A stretch of 64,000 bases of DNA, from contig CM060733.1 in assembly GCA_030704615.1 (NCBI GenBank), forward strand, positions 33,108,001 to 33,172,000. The letters are read 5' to 3'. How positions within the stretch are numbered: position 1 is the stretch's first letter; each line of letters starts with the position of its first letter. The notes below the pieces were generated by a model that made no database searches, was not told the DNA's origin, and saw only the letters and a list, made by a program, of their open reading frames with translations. Source of the stretch: Takakia lepidozioides. Its lineage: Eukaryota > Plantae > Bryophyta. The translations under genes and the position numbers were made by a program. Positions 1 to 14,053 of the stretch are shown piece after piece.

Positions 1-512
1 TTGGAATGATTACCCACAAAGTGGTATGTAAGCTGTTTGAGTCATCCATGGTGTCTCTCTGAGTGGGAACTATGGATTGGAGTGATTACTAACAGAGTGA
101 TGTGTAAGTGATTAGGAATACCACTTGAGGAATCCATACCACTAATACAGTAATATATAGGTGATTACTTATACCACTATACGATTGGTAATGTGGGCAA
201 TTGTGTGCATTTGGCTACTCCCACAGTTTTAAATTATACCACTATTACAGTGATGTGCAAGTGATTAGGAACATGACTAGAGGAACACATACCACTAGTG
301 TAGTGAAAGAAGTACCATTGGGGATTCAAGCTCCACAAAATAGAATAGAATCCCAGAGAATAAGTGTTGGAACACTGTCAACAAAATCCAGCCATGATAA
401 AAGTTTGAGCCTAACTTCTACACGGCGTCTCTGCATGCATGCTAGGAACACTGAACTGCTTTCTTGCCTTCTTCTCACTACCAGCAATGTCTATGCCCGG
501 GCGAATGAAATT

Positions 513-782
513 CTAAGCCCTCTTCATGTTCTTCTTTGGCCAAAGACAATTCAGACCGACGACATCCTCCAACATTGGTTGCGGTGGGACCTCTTCCTCG
601 TTAGGGTGAGGCAAGACACAATTGGCAATATAGATATCATTCACCTCAACCCGCCACAATCCTTCAGGTATAACACGGCGGGCAGTGATATGTGTCTTTG
701 CAGTGACAATTCCACTAGCAGCCCTGTGTCGTGGTACATGAGGATCATACAGGCTGATTTTGTCCTTCAACTTAAACTGCAC
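513..782 (-). pseudogene. CACTA (En/Spm) Tnp1-like accessory domain remnant
   Basis: ASGIV..IPEGLWRVEV..LPHPNEE..LEDVVG..LWP resembles the En/Spm Tnp1-type domain; ACCACT/AGTGGT-rich sequence at 1-330 resembles the CACTA subterminal region at 13.5-14 kb. Confidence 0.5.
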
Positions 783-1339
783 ACAGCACCCACCATAAAA
801 CCCACATTAATCAACCCATGAAGACTTACATGTACATTGAAAACTGGATAATGAGGACCGTCCAGTATAAGCAATCACTCAAAGTGTAGAGTACTTTTGG
901 TAGCATAAGAATATCTGCCATTGCGGCAGGGGGTTGATATTTGGGGGTTGCCTTTGAAGGCGCCGTAGTTGGTGCACTGTTGGTGGCAATATCAAGAGTG
1001 GCTTTCTCAGCCTGCAAACATCACGCCCAACACCCCTTAGCAGTTACATTTAGCAATGCATCTACTAATAGTTTGAAGTACCCAACATGTAAATGGCCAT
1101 ATTGTACAGAACTGATAGCCAACAGGTGCATGCATGCTCACCTCTAGTACGGAAACTGCTGCATAGAGAGGTGCCTCCTAAAGGCCCACCTAACTCTTAC
1201 TCCCGCTAGAACTTGGTGTTATGTCACCATTTGCATCAGTCAAAGGACTTTGTGCCTTTGGCAGCAGTGGCTCTGGTTACACGCTCTCCTTTTCGCATGT
1301 ACTTCTTCTCAGCTCCCTTCACGATGGCTGGGGCAGGGT

Positions 1340-3154
1340 CCTCCGCAGCCCTTCTGTGCATGCCCCGCAAGCATCGCACTCCACGACACCACATCTCGTT
1401 CAGCCATAGTGTTGAACACTCCCTTGGCATCCTCGATGCACCCACATTTGGCATACATGTCCACCAGGGCAGGGCCGGGGCAGTGTTCAGAATGACATCT
1501 GGTAATCTGACAAACATTCTCCTTTTAGAATTGTTCCAGCAAATGCCCCAACCCTACTTACTTAGAGGCTGTAGTGTCCAAAGCCATGTCCATTTCCAGA
1601 AAATTGTCTGATGAAAATGAAATTAGGCAGAAAACTTCCCTGGACTTGTTTCCAGTCTGTGACATGGGGGAGGACATCATGGATGACCTCAAGGGTCTAC
1701 CCACTCTCGGCACCAGACTGAAATTTAAACTAAGGGCAGGAATCCTACCTTTGAATAGCAAACAAAAGTAGAGAGGAAAGGGAGAGTGCAATTGCACCCC
1801 ACTCAACTTATCACACTAGTTCCTATGGTCAATTGCATATGCTACACTCTGTAATCTGACAGGCATTCACCTTTTTGCCTCGGTTGTCCCACCAGTTACT
1901 GGGGTCAGAAAAGTATTCATCCCACAGCTTCTTCTCATATCTGTTACCTGTTTTTGGATACTTAGGGATGACTCTGATAGCAGGGGAATTCACGGTGAAA
2001 TATGTTGAAGAAGGTACATTAGCAGTGGGCCTTGTTCTATCATTTGCGCTGCTGCCATTGCTGTTTCCAGTTGACCATCTACCCACTTGTAGCCGTTGTG
2101 CTATTGAAGAAGGTGCCCCCCCTTCCCCCATCATTTGCTCATAGCTCTCCAAAGCCTCCATCCCACATCCCTGCCGTGCATACCATGTAAGCATCGCACT
2201 CCACGACACCACATCTCGTTCAGCCATAGTGTCGAACACTCCCTTTGCATCCTAGATGCACCCACATTTTGCAAACATGTTCACCAGGGTTTTGTTCAGA
2301 ATGACATCTGGTACAATTCCAAATCTGAAGATGTCGCCATGGACCTCTTTCCCCTAAGCTACCAGGGCAGTGTTCAGATTGACATTTGGCACAATTCCAG
2401 CTTTGATGATATCCCCATGCACCTCTTGCCCTTCTCCAGGCCGACTGCCAGGCTTGCACAAGCATTGCAAATGCACACAAACATGATGTCTTCCCCCATC
2501 ATTTGCTCATAGCTCTCCAAATCCTCCATCCCACGTCCCTGCCGTGCATACCCTGCAAAGCATCGCACTCCACGACACCACATCTCGTTCAGCCATAGTG
2601 TCGAACACTCCCTTTGCATCCTAGATGCACCCACATTTTGCAAACATGTTCACCAGGCTATTGTTCAGAATGACACCTGGTACAATTCCAACTCTGAAGA
2701 TGTCACCATGGACCTCTTTCCCCTTTTCCAAATCTGCTAGGGCAGTGTTCAGATTGACATTTGGCACAAATTCCACCTTCGATGATATTCCCATGCACCT
2801 CTTGCCCTTCTCCAAGGCTGCCAAGCTTGCACAAGAATTGCAAATGCACACAAACATGATGTGCTTCCCCCATCCTTTGCTCATAGGTCTCCAAAGCCTC
2901 CATCCCACGTCCCTGCCGTGCATACCCTGCAAAGCATCGCACTCCATGACACCACATCTCGTTCAGCCATAGTGTCGAACACTCCCTTTGCATCCTAGAT
3001 GCACCCACATTTTGCAAACATGTTCACCAGGGTATTGTTCATAATGACATCTGGTACAATTCCAACTCTGAAGATGTTGCCATGGACCTCTTTTCCCTTT
3101 TCCAAAGCTGCTAGGGCAGTGTTCAGATTGACATTTGGCACAAATTCCAGCTTT
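1340..3154 (-). pseudogene. Decayed tandem PLS-class PPR fragments (~370-bp units), including a PDF-motif exon at ~1870-1940
   Basis: Repeated DMYAKCG / ERDVVSWSAM / LEKGKEVHGDI pieces with frameshifts; unit starts near 2225, 2594 and 2968; KLWDEYFSDPSNWWDNRGKK. Confidence 0.85.
1505..1800 (+). mobile_element. LINE ORF2 3' fragment, same family as the LINE at 60.2-62 kb
   Basis: MGEDIMDDLKGLPTLGTRLKFKLRAG is nearly identical to 60218-60457 (opposite strand). Confidence 0.75.
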
Positions 3155-5721
3155 CACTACAACAGATCGCAGTATATATTACTGTATATATGACTATCCC
3201 GTAGTCATAAACGGTACATATGACTGCAATGACTTTAAGTCGTGCAAACCAAGTGAATACAATGAGTACAGTATGGTCGGTCATGGATGACTGCAGTCAG
3301 ATGAACCAAGTGATACATCTCACTGTCATGTGGTAGTTATATGTACTTCTACCATACATGACTTAGTGTGCTACTGCAAACTGTACACGTGTCTCTTTTT
3401 AATAAGTCCAGGAGGTTTTGTGGATGTGCGCCATATGGCGTCTCCCGAAACTGCCACGTGGCATATCCATGAGGAGGATCTGCAGTCATCATCTTGACTA
3501 CAACCATGCTAATATCTGGACACGTGGCATATAATGAGAAATCTTAGGGTCATTGTCCTGACTACAAGCATCCTGATATGTAGACACGTGGCATGTATTG
3601 AGGAGGTCTTGCAGTCATGATCCTGACTATGACATGCTGATATGTGGACACATGGTGTCATATGAGGGGTTGTTTTGAACATTTAAATGTATTGGACAGT
3701 CAGAATCACGACTATGCTTATCTCGTTAGGGTTAGTAGAGATTAGGGTTAGTATTATTCAATATTAAACAAAAAGAAGAACAAAGGGAAGAACAAAGGGA
3801 AGAACAAAGAGACAAAAAATGACTCTGCAAATGAATGCTTTATTCACATGCAAGAATCATAGGAAAAAACAAAGTCAGCAAGTGCAAAGGACAAAACATA
3901 GGCACTTAAAGACAGCAGTAGATGTAAGAGCTTCTCTTAAACTGCTGCCAGTCAAATTTACAATATAGCACCGGAGTCCCAAAATCTGGCTCCTCTGCAA
4001 ACAATAGTTTGACAAAGTGCAAAGGACACTACATATGCACTGAAGATAGCAACAAATGTAAAATGCATATGTCTTTCTACGTTTGCTACTATTCCAGCAC
4101 AACAACAAATCAGCAGGATAGGGTGCACCCACATTTTGCATGTACATGTCCACGAGGGTATTGTTCAGAATGACATTTGATAAAATTCCAGCTCTGACAA
4201 TGTTGCCATGGACTTCTGTGCCCTTTTCCAGAGCTGCCAGGCTTCCACATACATCGCAAATGCACAAAAACGTGATGTGGTTGGGCTTCACCTCTTCCCC
4301 CATCATTTGATCATAGGTCTCCAAAGCCTCCATACCACGCCCTTGCTATGCATACCCTGCAAGCATCGCGTTCCATGACACCACATCTCGTTCAGCCATA
4401 GTGTTGAAAACTCCCTTCGCATCCTTAATGCACCCACATTTGGCATACATGTCCACCAGGGCAGTATTCAGAATGACATGCGGTACAATTCCAGCTTTGA
4501 CGATGTCACCATGGACCTCTTTCTAGCCCTCTTGGATGAATCTGGACCCACACTCTATCCCTGCTCCTTCAGCTATCCATGCCTATGCACAAATCATGCA
4601 TACATCCTTGCCTTGCTGCTAGCAGCTAACGATAACAGCCTAGATTTGCTAGGATACACCCAACTCAACTTATCACACTTGTTCCTATGCTCAATTGCAT
4701 CTGATACTCTCTATAATCAAACAGACATTCACCTTCTTGCCTCGATTGTCCCACCATAGACTGGGTAAGAAAAGTATGCATTCCACAGCTTCTCCTCATC
4801 TCTGTTACCTGTTTATGGATACTTTCCTGTTGTCACATTGGCAGTATCATGTCAATGTCACTCCAAACTATCAAAGGTTCACTCAACCAGCTAACTTGCA
4901 GAATTCAACATGGAAACTTAGGGTCGATTCTGATAAGAAGGAAAAACAAGGTGAAATGTGTTGAAGAAGGTGCCTTCATTAGCAGTGCCTGATTTTATCA
5001 ATTCCGTCGCTGCTGCTGCAGCTTCCAGTTGACCATCTACCCATGCAGGTTGTTAGTAGCTATTGATCCACAGGGAATCGTAGGTAATCCACAACCAATG
5101 GTGGGAAAGCGATTGTGTGCCAGTCTGATGATGAGGCATCACGACTTCTGAGCCACCTCCCCGAACACAATGTGCCATTTGCTAAAGTCTGTGCCGACCT
5201 TCTTTGTCCAGAAACAGGTCCCCTGACTCAACTTGAAATGGACTTGTCTTGTAGTTGGAGCTTGAAATCCGGCCCTCTTCGATGAATCTGGACCCACACT
5301 CTATCCCTGCTCCTTCGGCTATCCATGCCTCTGCCCAAATCATGCATTCCCCTTTGCCTTGCTGCTAGCAGCTGACAATGAAAGCCTCAAATTGTTCTAG
5401 GAAACACCCAACTCAACTTATCACACCAGCGCTCAATTGCATCTTCTACTCTCTGTAATCCAACAAGCATTCACCTTTTTGCCTTGATTGTCCCACCGTT
5501 GGCTGGGGTCAGAAAAGTATTCATTCTACAGCTTGTGGTCTCCGTTACCTCTTTCTGGATTCTTTCCTGTTGTCACATTGGCAGTACTTATCATGTCAAA
5601 GTCACTCCAAACTACAAAGGTTCTCTCAACCAGCTAACTTGCAGAATTCAACATGAAAATTTAGAGCCGCTACTGATAAGAGGGAAAAACAGGGTGAAAT
5701 GTGTTGAAGAAGGTGCCTTCA

Positions 5722-6372
5722 TTAGCAGTGCCTTGTTCTATCAATTGTGCTGCTGCAGCTGCAGCTTCCAGTTGGCTCTAAACCCACTGAGCGACTCAAA
5801 CTAGTCTGAACATTAGACATTTGTCCACTCGCAGATGGGTACCTTACATCTGGCAATGATTCTGAGAGAGGCCAGAGGGTGCCCTCATCCCTGACCACTG
5901 TGAACAGGGTGTCTGAACTTGAGTGTGCCCCTGGAATACCAATCGGACTACTCTTACCCCAGTTCGGATTCAGATCATCATTGTCATTGCCTGAAGAATT
6001 AGCTTGCCCTTCCCCTTCATCCTCCTCACTTGTCATTGCATCAAAGTAAATATTTTTTTGACTTGTTGCCCGTGTATCATAGGATAGGGAGCGCCCAACC
6101 TCATCCTCTACCTTGTTTCCTTCCTGTTCCATGTCCATCTCTCTGACCTCATCAACCTCACTTCTGCATCTTCTAGTGTCCAAATGCATGCTGGTCCCTT
6201 GACATATCCCTACACCCTCCACTCCCTTGCTCTGACTAAGTGCTCCATCTATTACGACGTCATCGCTGTCAGGGAACGCCAAATGCATTGAATTCTTTGG
6301 AGAACCTCCTTGATTATCGCCTTCCTTTGCAACATCCTCTCTCTTCAATTCATGCTTCTCTTCACCATACAA
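5722..6372 (-). other. Acidic low-complexity ORF (216 aa) of unknown origin inside the Pack-CACTA
   Basis: Open frame between two PDF-motif exon copies; no domain recognised. Confidence 0.3.
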
Positions 6373-7747
6373 CCCTTCATAAGTACCATCTTTGTTAGGA
6401 CTGGTTGCTAAGGTGGTCGATCGTACCAGGACACACTCTGTTTTTTAGCACAACTCATCTTCAGCATCCATGGGAGATGTCACAACACGACCTACCCATG
6501 CACGTTTCTTGTAGCTATTGATCCACAGGGAGTCATACGTAATTTGGAGCTTGAAATCTGGCCCTCTTGAATGAATCTAGACCCACACTCTATCCCTGCT
6601 CCTTCAGCTATCCCATGCAGATCCACCCGACAAGCTAAATTACAGAATTCAACATGATGCAAATTCAGGGACGAGTCTGATGAGAGGGCAAAACAGGCTG
6701 AAATAGGTTGAAGAAGAAGGTGCCCTCACCACATTGTCCTCGACCTTGTGTCATGAGCCATGGGGGACTCCCTTTGCATCCTCGATGCACCCACATTTTG
6801 CATACATGTCCACCAGGATATTGTTCATAATGACATTTGGTACAATTCCAGCTCTGAAGATGTCGCCATGGACCTCTTTGCCCTTTTCCAGAGCTTCCAG
6901 GGCAGTGTTCATAATGACATTTGGTACAATTCTAGCTTTGATGATATCCCCATGCACCTCTTTGCCCTTGTCCAGGGTTCGATGCACCCACATTTTGCAT
7001 ACAAGTCCACCAGGGTATTGTTCAGAATGACATTTGGTACAATTCCAGCTCTGAAGATGTTGTCATGGACCTCTTTGCCCCTTTCCAGAGCTGCCAGGGC
7101 ATTGTTCATAATGACATTTGGTACAATTCCAGCTTTGATGATATCCCCATGCACCTTTTTGCCCTTGTCCAGGGCTCGATGCACCCACATTTTGCATACA
7201 AGTCCACCTTGGTATTGTTCAGAATGACAACCATCCCGCAACCCTGTTTTGCATGTCCTACGATCATCGCATTCCACAACACCACATCACATTCAGCCAC
7301 AATGTCAAACACCCCCTTTGCATCTTCAACACTCCTACATTTGGCATACATATCCAGCAAGGCAGTGTTCAGAATGACATTTGGTACAATTCCAGCTTTG
7401 ACAATGTCACCATGGACCAAGACATTTTCCAAGGCTGCCAGGCTTGCACATGCATTGCGAACGCCAACAAAAGTGATCTAGTTGGGCTTCACCCCTTCCA
7501 GCATCATTTGCTCATGTAGGTCTCCAAAGCCTCCATCCCACGACCCTGCTGTGCATATCCTACGATCATCATGCTCCACGACACCGCATCACGTTCAGCC
7601 ATTTTGTCGAACATTGCCTTTGCATCTTCAATGCACCGAAATTTGGCATACATGTCCACCAGGGCAGTGTTCAGAATGACATCTGGTACAATTCCAGCTT
7701 GACGATGTCAGCATGGACCTCTTTGCCCTTTTCCAGAGCTGCCAGGC

Positions 7748-8860
7748 TCACACACGCATTGCAACGCAAACAAATGTGATGTGGTCGGGCTTCACCCCTT
7801 CCAGCCTCATTTGCTCATAGATCTCCAAAGCATTTGTACCACACCCATGCTTGGTAAATCCTGCCAACATTATAATATTCCACGTGATCAAAGATCGTTG
7901 AGGCATTATGTTGAACACTTGGTGAGCATCCATGATGCTCCCGCACTTAACATACATGTTGACAAGGGTGTTGCATAAAAAAACGTTTGGCTTGAATCCA
8001 CTTTGGATGATGTGAGTGTGCACCTGCTTTCCAGCTTCCAGGCCTTTCATCTTGATGCACTTATGCAAGAGATAGCCATACGTATCTGAATCTGTTGAAA
8101 TGCCTCCTCCTTGGTTTAAAGTCTGTAGAGCCGTGTCAGTCAGTCTGCTTCACAAAGCATCTTCACATGCCCAAAAGTCCCAGAAGAGTCATTGTGGACT
8201 CCCTCTCTTGGTCCTCTTTTAGAAGCTGTGGTCTGCCTCACTTTATCAACTGTGCCGGTGATGCTGCTGCTTCTTGTTGACCATCTACCCATGCAGGTTT
8301 CGTGTAGCTATTGATCCACAGGGAATCACAGGTAATCTTGTGCTTGAAATCCGGCCCTCTTGGATGAATCTGGACGCACACTCTATCCTTGCTCCTTCAG
8401 CTATCTGCCCCTCTGCACAAATCATGCATAGATCCTCGCCTTACTGCCAGCAACTGACAATGATTTGTTCTAACAAATAACCCAACCCTACTTATCACAC
8501 TAGCTCCTATGCTAATTGCATCTGCTTTTCTTTGTAATCTAATAGCATTCACTTTCTTGCCTTGCTTCTCCCACCATTGACTGGGGTCGGAGAAGTATTC
8601 ATTCCATAGCTTTTCCTCATCTCTGTTATCTGTTTTTTGATACTTTCCAGTTGCCACATTGGCAGTAACATGTCAAAGCACTTGTGATTGCGGCTGTCCC
8701 ACCATCGTGAAGGATCTGTAAAAGCTCATGCCAGCTCTGCTCTGCCGAGCAATTCAAGGCCGAGTCTGATGAGAAGGCAAAACAGGCTGAAACAGGTCGA
8801 AGAAGAATCAGGCAGCTCGCACACGCATTGCATCTACAAACGAACGTGACCAAGTCTGTC
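7748..8860 (-). pseudogene. 5' part of a PDF-motif + PLS PPR gene
   Basis: EKLWNEYFSDPSQWWEKQGKK | intron | RGPDFKHKITCDSLWINSYTKPAWV, followed by the first PPRs (AGKQVHTHIIQSGFKPNVFLCNTLVNMYVKCG); broken by stops and frameshifts. Confidence 0.75.
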
Positions 8861-9634
8861 TGCCTTTACCCCTTCCCGCATCATTTGCTCATAGGTCTCC
8901 AATGCCTCCATCCCGCATCCATGCTGGGGTATATCCCGCGATCATTACACTCTAGGACACGACATTTCGTTCAGCCATATTCTCAAACACTCCCTTTGTA
9001 TCCTCAATACTGCCACATCTGTCTCTGTTACCTGTTTCTGGATACCCTAAATTTGACAATGTCACCATGGACCTTTTACCCTTTTCCAGGGCTGCCAGGC
9101 TCGCACACGCATTGCAAACACAAACGACCGTGACCCAGTCCGGCTTCACCCCTTCCTGCATCATTTGCTCAAGAATAGCTCTGCAAAGCCTCCATCCCAT
9201 GCCCTTACATATCATGCAATCATCGCGTTCCATGCTCTCGGCTCTATACTAAGAAAACGTGCAGGAGACAAAAAAAAACCCAAAGCCAAAATGAGGCTAA
9301 GTCTCAGCCCTCTAATGGGCAACCCTACAAACAACATTTTGAATTTTTTAACCTTTTGGCTACCAAGCTTGCACTAGAAGTCATTCCGGCGACTGTTGGT
9401 GGCAAGCTGGCGCTAGTCAATCATCGTTGACCACCCTTCCGTCTCCTCCAGAGCCATGCAGTCATGACGACGTCTACCAACGTAGTCCTCTAAGCGACTA
9501 CGTAGTCACGAAGTCATTTCAACGACTACGTGAAGCCCCATTTGGTCCAAAAATACAGGGAAGTCACGGTCAAAGTCAGGAAAACCATGACTACCGCGGC
9601 TCGACAGTCAGATATACCGCGATCTGTTGTAGTG

Positions 9635-11315
9635 TTTGATGATATCCCCATGCACCTCTTGCCCTTCTCCAGGGCTGCCAGGCTTGCACAAGATTTGCAA
9701 ATGCACACAAACATGATGTGCTTCCCCCATTCTTTGCTCATAGGTCTCCAAAGCCTCCATCCCACGTCCCTGTCGTGCATACCTTGCAAGCATCGCACTC
9801 TACGACACCACATCTCGTTCAGCCATAGTGTCAAACACTCCCTTTGCATCCTAGATCCTAGATCCCTTTGCACCCATATTTTGCAAACATGTCCAACAGG
9901 GTATGGTTCAGAATGACATTTGGTACAATTCTAGCTCTGAAGATGTCGCCATGGACCTCTTTCCCCTTTTCCCAGAGCTGCCAGGGCAGTGTTCATAATG
10001 ACATTTGGTACAATTCCAGCTTTGATGATACCCCATGCACCGCTTTGCCCTTGTCCAGGCTCATGCACCCACATTTTGCATAAATGTCCACCAGGGTATG
10101 GTTCAGAATGACATTTGGTACAATTCCAGCTCTGAAGATGTCGCCATGGACCTCTTTCCCCTTTTCCAGAGCTGCCAAGGCAGTGTTCATAATGACATTT
10201 GGTACAATTCCAGCTTTGACGATACCCCATGCACCTCTTTGCCATCGTCCAGGCTCGATGCACCCACATTTCGCATACATGTCCACCAGGGTATGGTTCA
10301 GACTGACATTTGGTACAATTCCAGCTCTGAAGATGTCGCCATAGACCTCTTTCCCCTTTTCCAGAGCTGCCAAGGCAGTGTTCAGATTCACATTTGGTAC
10401 AATTCCAGCTTTGATGATATCCCCATGCACCTCTTTGCCCTTCTCCAGGCCGGCTGCCAGGCTTGCACAAGCATTGCAAATGCACACAAACATGATGTCT
10501 TCCCCCATCATTTGCTCATAGCTCTCCAAAGCCTCCATTCCACATCCTTGTTGTGCATACCCTGCAAGCACATCATATCGCACTCCACGACACCACATGT
10601 CGTTCAGCCATAGTGTCGAACATTCCTTTTGCATCCTAGATGCACCCACATTTTGCAAACATGTCCACCAGGGTATTGTTCAGAATGTCATCTGGTACAA
10701 TTCTAGCTCTGAAGATGTCTCCATGGACCTCTTTCCCCTTTTCCAGAGCTTCCAGGGCAGTGTTCAGATTGACATTTGGCACAATTCCAGCTTTGATGAT
10801 ATCCTTATGCACCTCTTGCCCTTCTCCAGGGCTGCCAGGCTTGCACGCACATTGCAAATGCACACAAACATGATGTCTTCCCCCATCATCTGCTCATAGC
10901 TCTCCAAAGCCTCCATCCCACGTCCCTGCTGTGCATACCCTGCAAAGCATCGCACTCCACGACACCACATCTCGTTCAGCCATAGTGTCAAACACTCCCT
11001 TTGCATCCTAGATGCACCCACATTTTGCAAACATGTTCACCAGGGTATTGTTCAGAATGACATCTGATACAATTCCAGCTCTGAAGATGACGCCATGGAC
11101 CTCTTTCCCCTTTTCCAAAGCTGCCAGGGCAGTGTTCAGATTGACATTTGGCACAATTCCAGCTTTGATGATATCCCCATGCACCTCTTGCCCTTCTCCA
11201 GGGCTGCCAGGCTTGCACAAGCATTGCAAATGCACACAAACACGATGTGCTTCCCCCATCATTTGCTCATAGGTCTCCAAAGCCTCCATCCCACATCCCT
11301 GCCGTGCATACCCTG
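9635..11315 (-). pseudogene. Decayed tandem PLS PPR array (continuation of 1340-3154)
   Basis: Same repeated PPR units, frameshifted. Confidence 0.85.
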
Positions 11316-12035
11316 GACCAAGCTGACTCTCCCAAGAACCTTGTAAACATCAGCGAGGACTTAAGTGCGCAGCAGCGATAGGGCTTAGTGGGGCTTAGTG
11401 CTTGAGGGGAAAAAAAAAAAACATCGCATTGGTCCATGAAAACCACCATGGTGCAGCTAAGCGAGCAAAGATTGAAACACGACCTGCTAAGACCAAGCTG
11501 ACTCTCCCAAGAACCTTGTAAACATCAAGAAGAATACCAAATCATGGTACTAACAAGAACCAAAAGCCCACATTTGCAGGATGGACAAACTTCTTCACAT
11601 CCTACATTAAGAAAAAGCCACACCTTGCAATTGCGATTGTCCCACCATCATGAAGGATCTGTAAAAATCTCATGCGAGCTCTACTACGTGCTGCAAATTC
11701 AGGGCCGAGTCTGATGAGAGGGCGAAACACGCTGAAATAGGTCGAAGAAGAAGGTGCCCTCACCACATTGTCGTCGACCTAGCTTGTGTCATGACCTATG
11801 GAGGATTTGACAGACCATGAACCCAAACGGACCTCTTGTGTGTGCTGCTTGTGTCTGTAGTCAGGTAATGTCGGATTGTCCATGAGAACCACCACGGTGC
11901 AGCTGAGCGAGCAGAGATTGAAACACGACCTGCTAAGACCAACCTGCACGAGGACTTAGTGTGCACAGCAACGATAGGGCTTAGTGGGGCTTAGTGGGGC
12001 TTAGTGGGGCTTAGTGCATGAGGGGAAAAAAAACA

Positions 12036-12104
12036 ACGCGAGGAGTTTAAACCCGCGACCCCGCGACACGCAGGAAGAGCCCTTACCAGTACGCTACATG
12101 CACA
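12036..12104 (-). repeat. tRNA-like (SINE head-like) sequence
   Basis: A-box-like TAGCGTACTGG and B-box-like GGTTTAAACTCC on the minus strand; no intact cloverleaf; similar pieces at ~12360 and ~45430. Confidence 0.3.
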
Positions 12105-12519
12105 CATTTGAAATTTCCCCCCAAAAGTATGTATATATTGTACATACGTGATGGGCAACTTTTTAAGTTTTTTAACCTTTTTACAAACCCTATAAACAAC
12201 TTTTTGTTTTTGTTTTTTTTTAATAAATTTTAAAGGAAACCTCAGGCCCTTGAGGAGGGGGGAAAATTAACCCCTTTCATTTATGGGCCATGAGACCTAC
12301 AGGAGGATCAACGCCCAGACATACCGTTGTTACAAACAATCCTACACATAGGGTAATGCAGCGGGTTTGAACCCTGAACCACCAGGGCGACACACTCTGC
12401 ACTTACCAGCCGATGTGTTTTTTTTTAATCTTTTGCACTTTGATTTAAAAAAAAAAAAATCATTTTAGTGGTTACAAGTGAGCACATAGATGTATTCCAT
12501 GGAGATAAACAAAACTGTT

Positions 12520-14053
12520 CATCCGGTGTCTTCACGGTGGATGTATCCCATGGAGCGTTACATGAAAGATCTTAAGGGATACTAGGAATTACGCAAAGCC
12601 AGAAGAGAGTACGGCTACAGGGTATGTTCTGAATGAGGCCTGGGGTTCATGACTGAATATATGCAATCATTTGATGCAACTCAACGGCGGACTTGGGATG
12701 CAAATGCGGAGGAAGGGGTTGAGGACGAGGTCTTCAAAGGTGTCGGCAAAAAGCGGGACATGACTGGAGCTGGGAGAGATGCAACACAAATGTCATGGCT
12801 CCTTGGGTGCAGTGAGTATTTCTTTTCATTGCACCTTATTCATATCAAGTTCAAATTCAATTTTGACTGTCACCAGTGTAATCAAACCACCCACAAAGTC
12901 ACAAATGTCAGTGGTTCATCCTGATTATAACCAATGCTGTAGTAACGGAATGTCTGAGTGAGTGACTTGTTGGAAGAGCATGTTCATTTACAATTCATTC
13001 TGCTCACTCCTCCAGTGGTTTGAAACAGTGGTTTTCAAAGTATCATTCATGCTAGGTATTTGTTGCTAAGTAATGCAATACTTAATTGCTAACATGTGTC
13101 ATTCTTGTTGCCATTTTGTGACAAAAAGTATGCAACAGATAAGGCATAGTTCACAGCAGACAGAGAGGCATGTGGTGATGAGTGGCGTGCCAATCGACGT
13201 CTATCTTCTCATATCAGCCAATACCTAGGTCATTAGATGGTCCCACGGCTCTAAATAAAGAAGACCTGGCTATGTTGGCTACCATTCAAGTGGCATTTGT
13301 GCAACCAACCGCTATTCTAGTTGAGCAAAGTGATTCAGAGGGTTACGAATATGTTGCAGATTCAGAATAAAGTTTATTGTTGGAACCATTTGTTCAATAG
13401 CATCATCCCACAATGGTCTGGCCACTTGTCTATTTTTCAAAGTCTGTCACAGCTGCACAAACCACTTAAAGTTTTTCATGTATCACCCAAAAAGTGGTAC
13501 CAATCACTGTTGTGTAGGCAACCACTTATGAGCAACCACTAGAACAGTGGTTCTAATTACTGCAGTATCTTTCACCACCCACTCTCCACCACTGTCAAAG
13601 TGGTACAAATCAATGAGGTGTCTTTAACCACTCAAGATCAACGTGCACTGTCCCCGTCCACGTGGAATATTATATTTATGAATTAAAATATATTTCCAAA
13701 TCATAAATCACAAATAAAATTTGAATTATTACACATGGAATAGCAAGTGGTTTCAACCACTTCCCATCACTGAGATGTCTATAAACCACTCACAATGTAC
13801 CACTGCACTCGTCCACGTGGAATATTATATTATATTAATTAAAATATATTATCAAATAAATAATAATAAATAAAAACAAATTATTACACGTGGATTACTG
13901 AGTGGTTGAAACCACTTCCAACCACTGTATGTGATGCCACCGTGGCATTTCATTGGGATTAACCACTGGCAAGTGGTTACTAGTGATTTATAGAGTGGAA
14001 AAAGACAGTAGTGGTTAAAGGGCCAGTGGTTATTCCGCGTTTTTCCTCTAGTG
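12520..14053 (+). mobile_element. CACTA remnant: DUF4218-type transposase fragment plus 3' terminus
   Basis: PVSSRWMYPMERYMKDLKG..GYVLNEAWGFMTEY at ~12520-12790; ACCACT/AGTGGT subterminal repeats; terminus ..TTTTCCTCTAGTG at 14053. Confidence 0.75.

Larger units (their letters stand above)
3155..9634. mobile_element. Non-autonomous Pack-CACTA element (6,480 bp) carrying PPR/PDF gene fragments
   Basis: TIR CACTACAACAGATCGC(A/G)GTATAT at 3155 and inverted ending at 9634; 3-bp TSD TTT (3152-54, 9635-37); removing it restores the PPR repeat TTCCAGCTTTGATGATATCCCC; no transposase inside. Confidence 0.9.

Noticed and set aside
11975-12017. (GGGCTTAGTG)n telomere-like repeat
   Set aside because: 10-bp unit, few copies, not the plant TTTAGGG repeat
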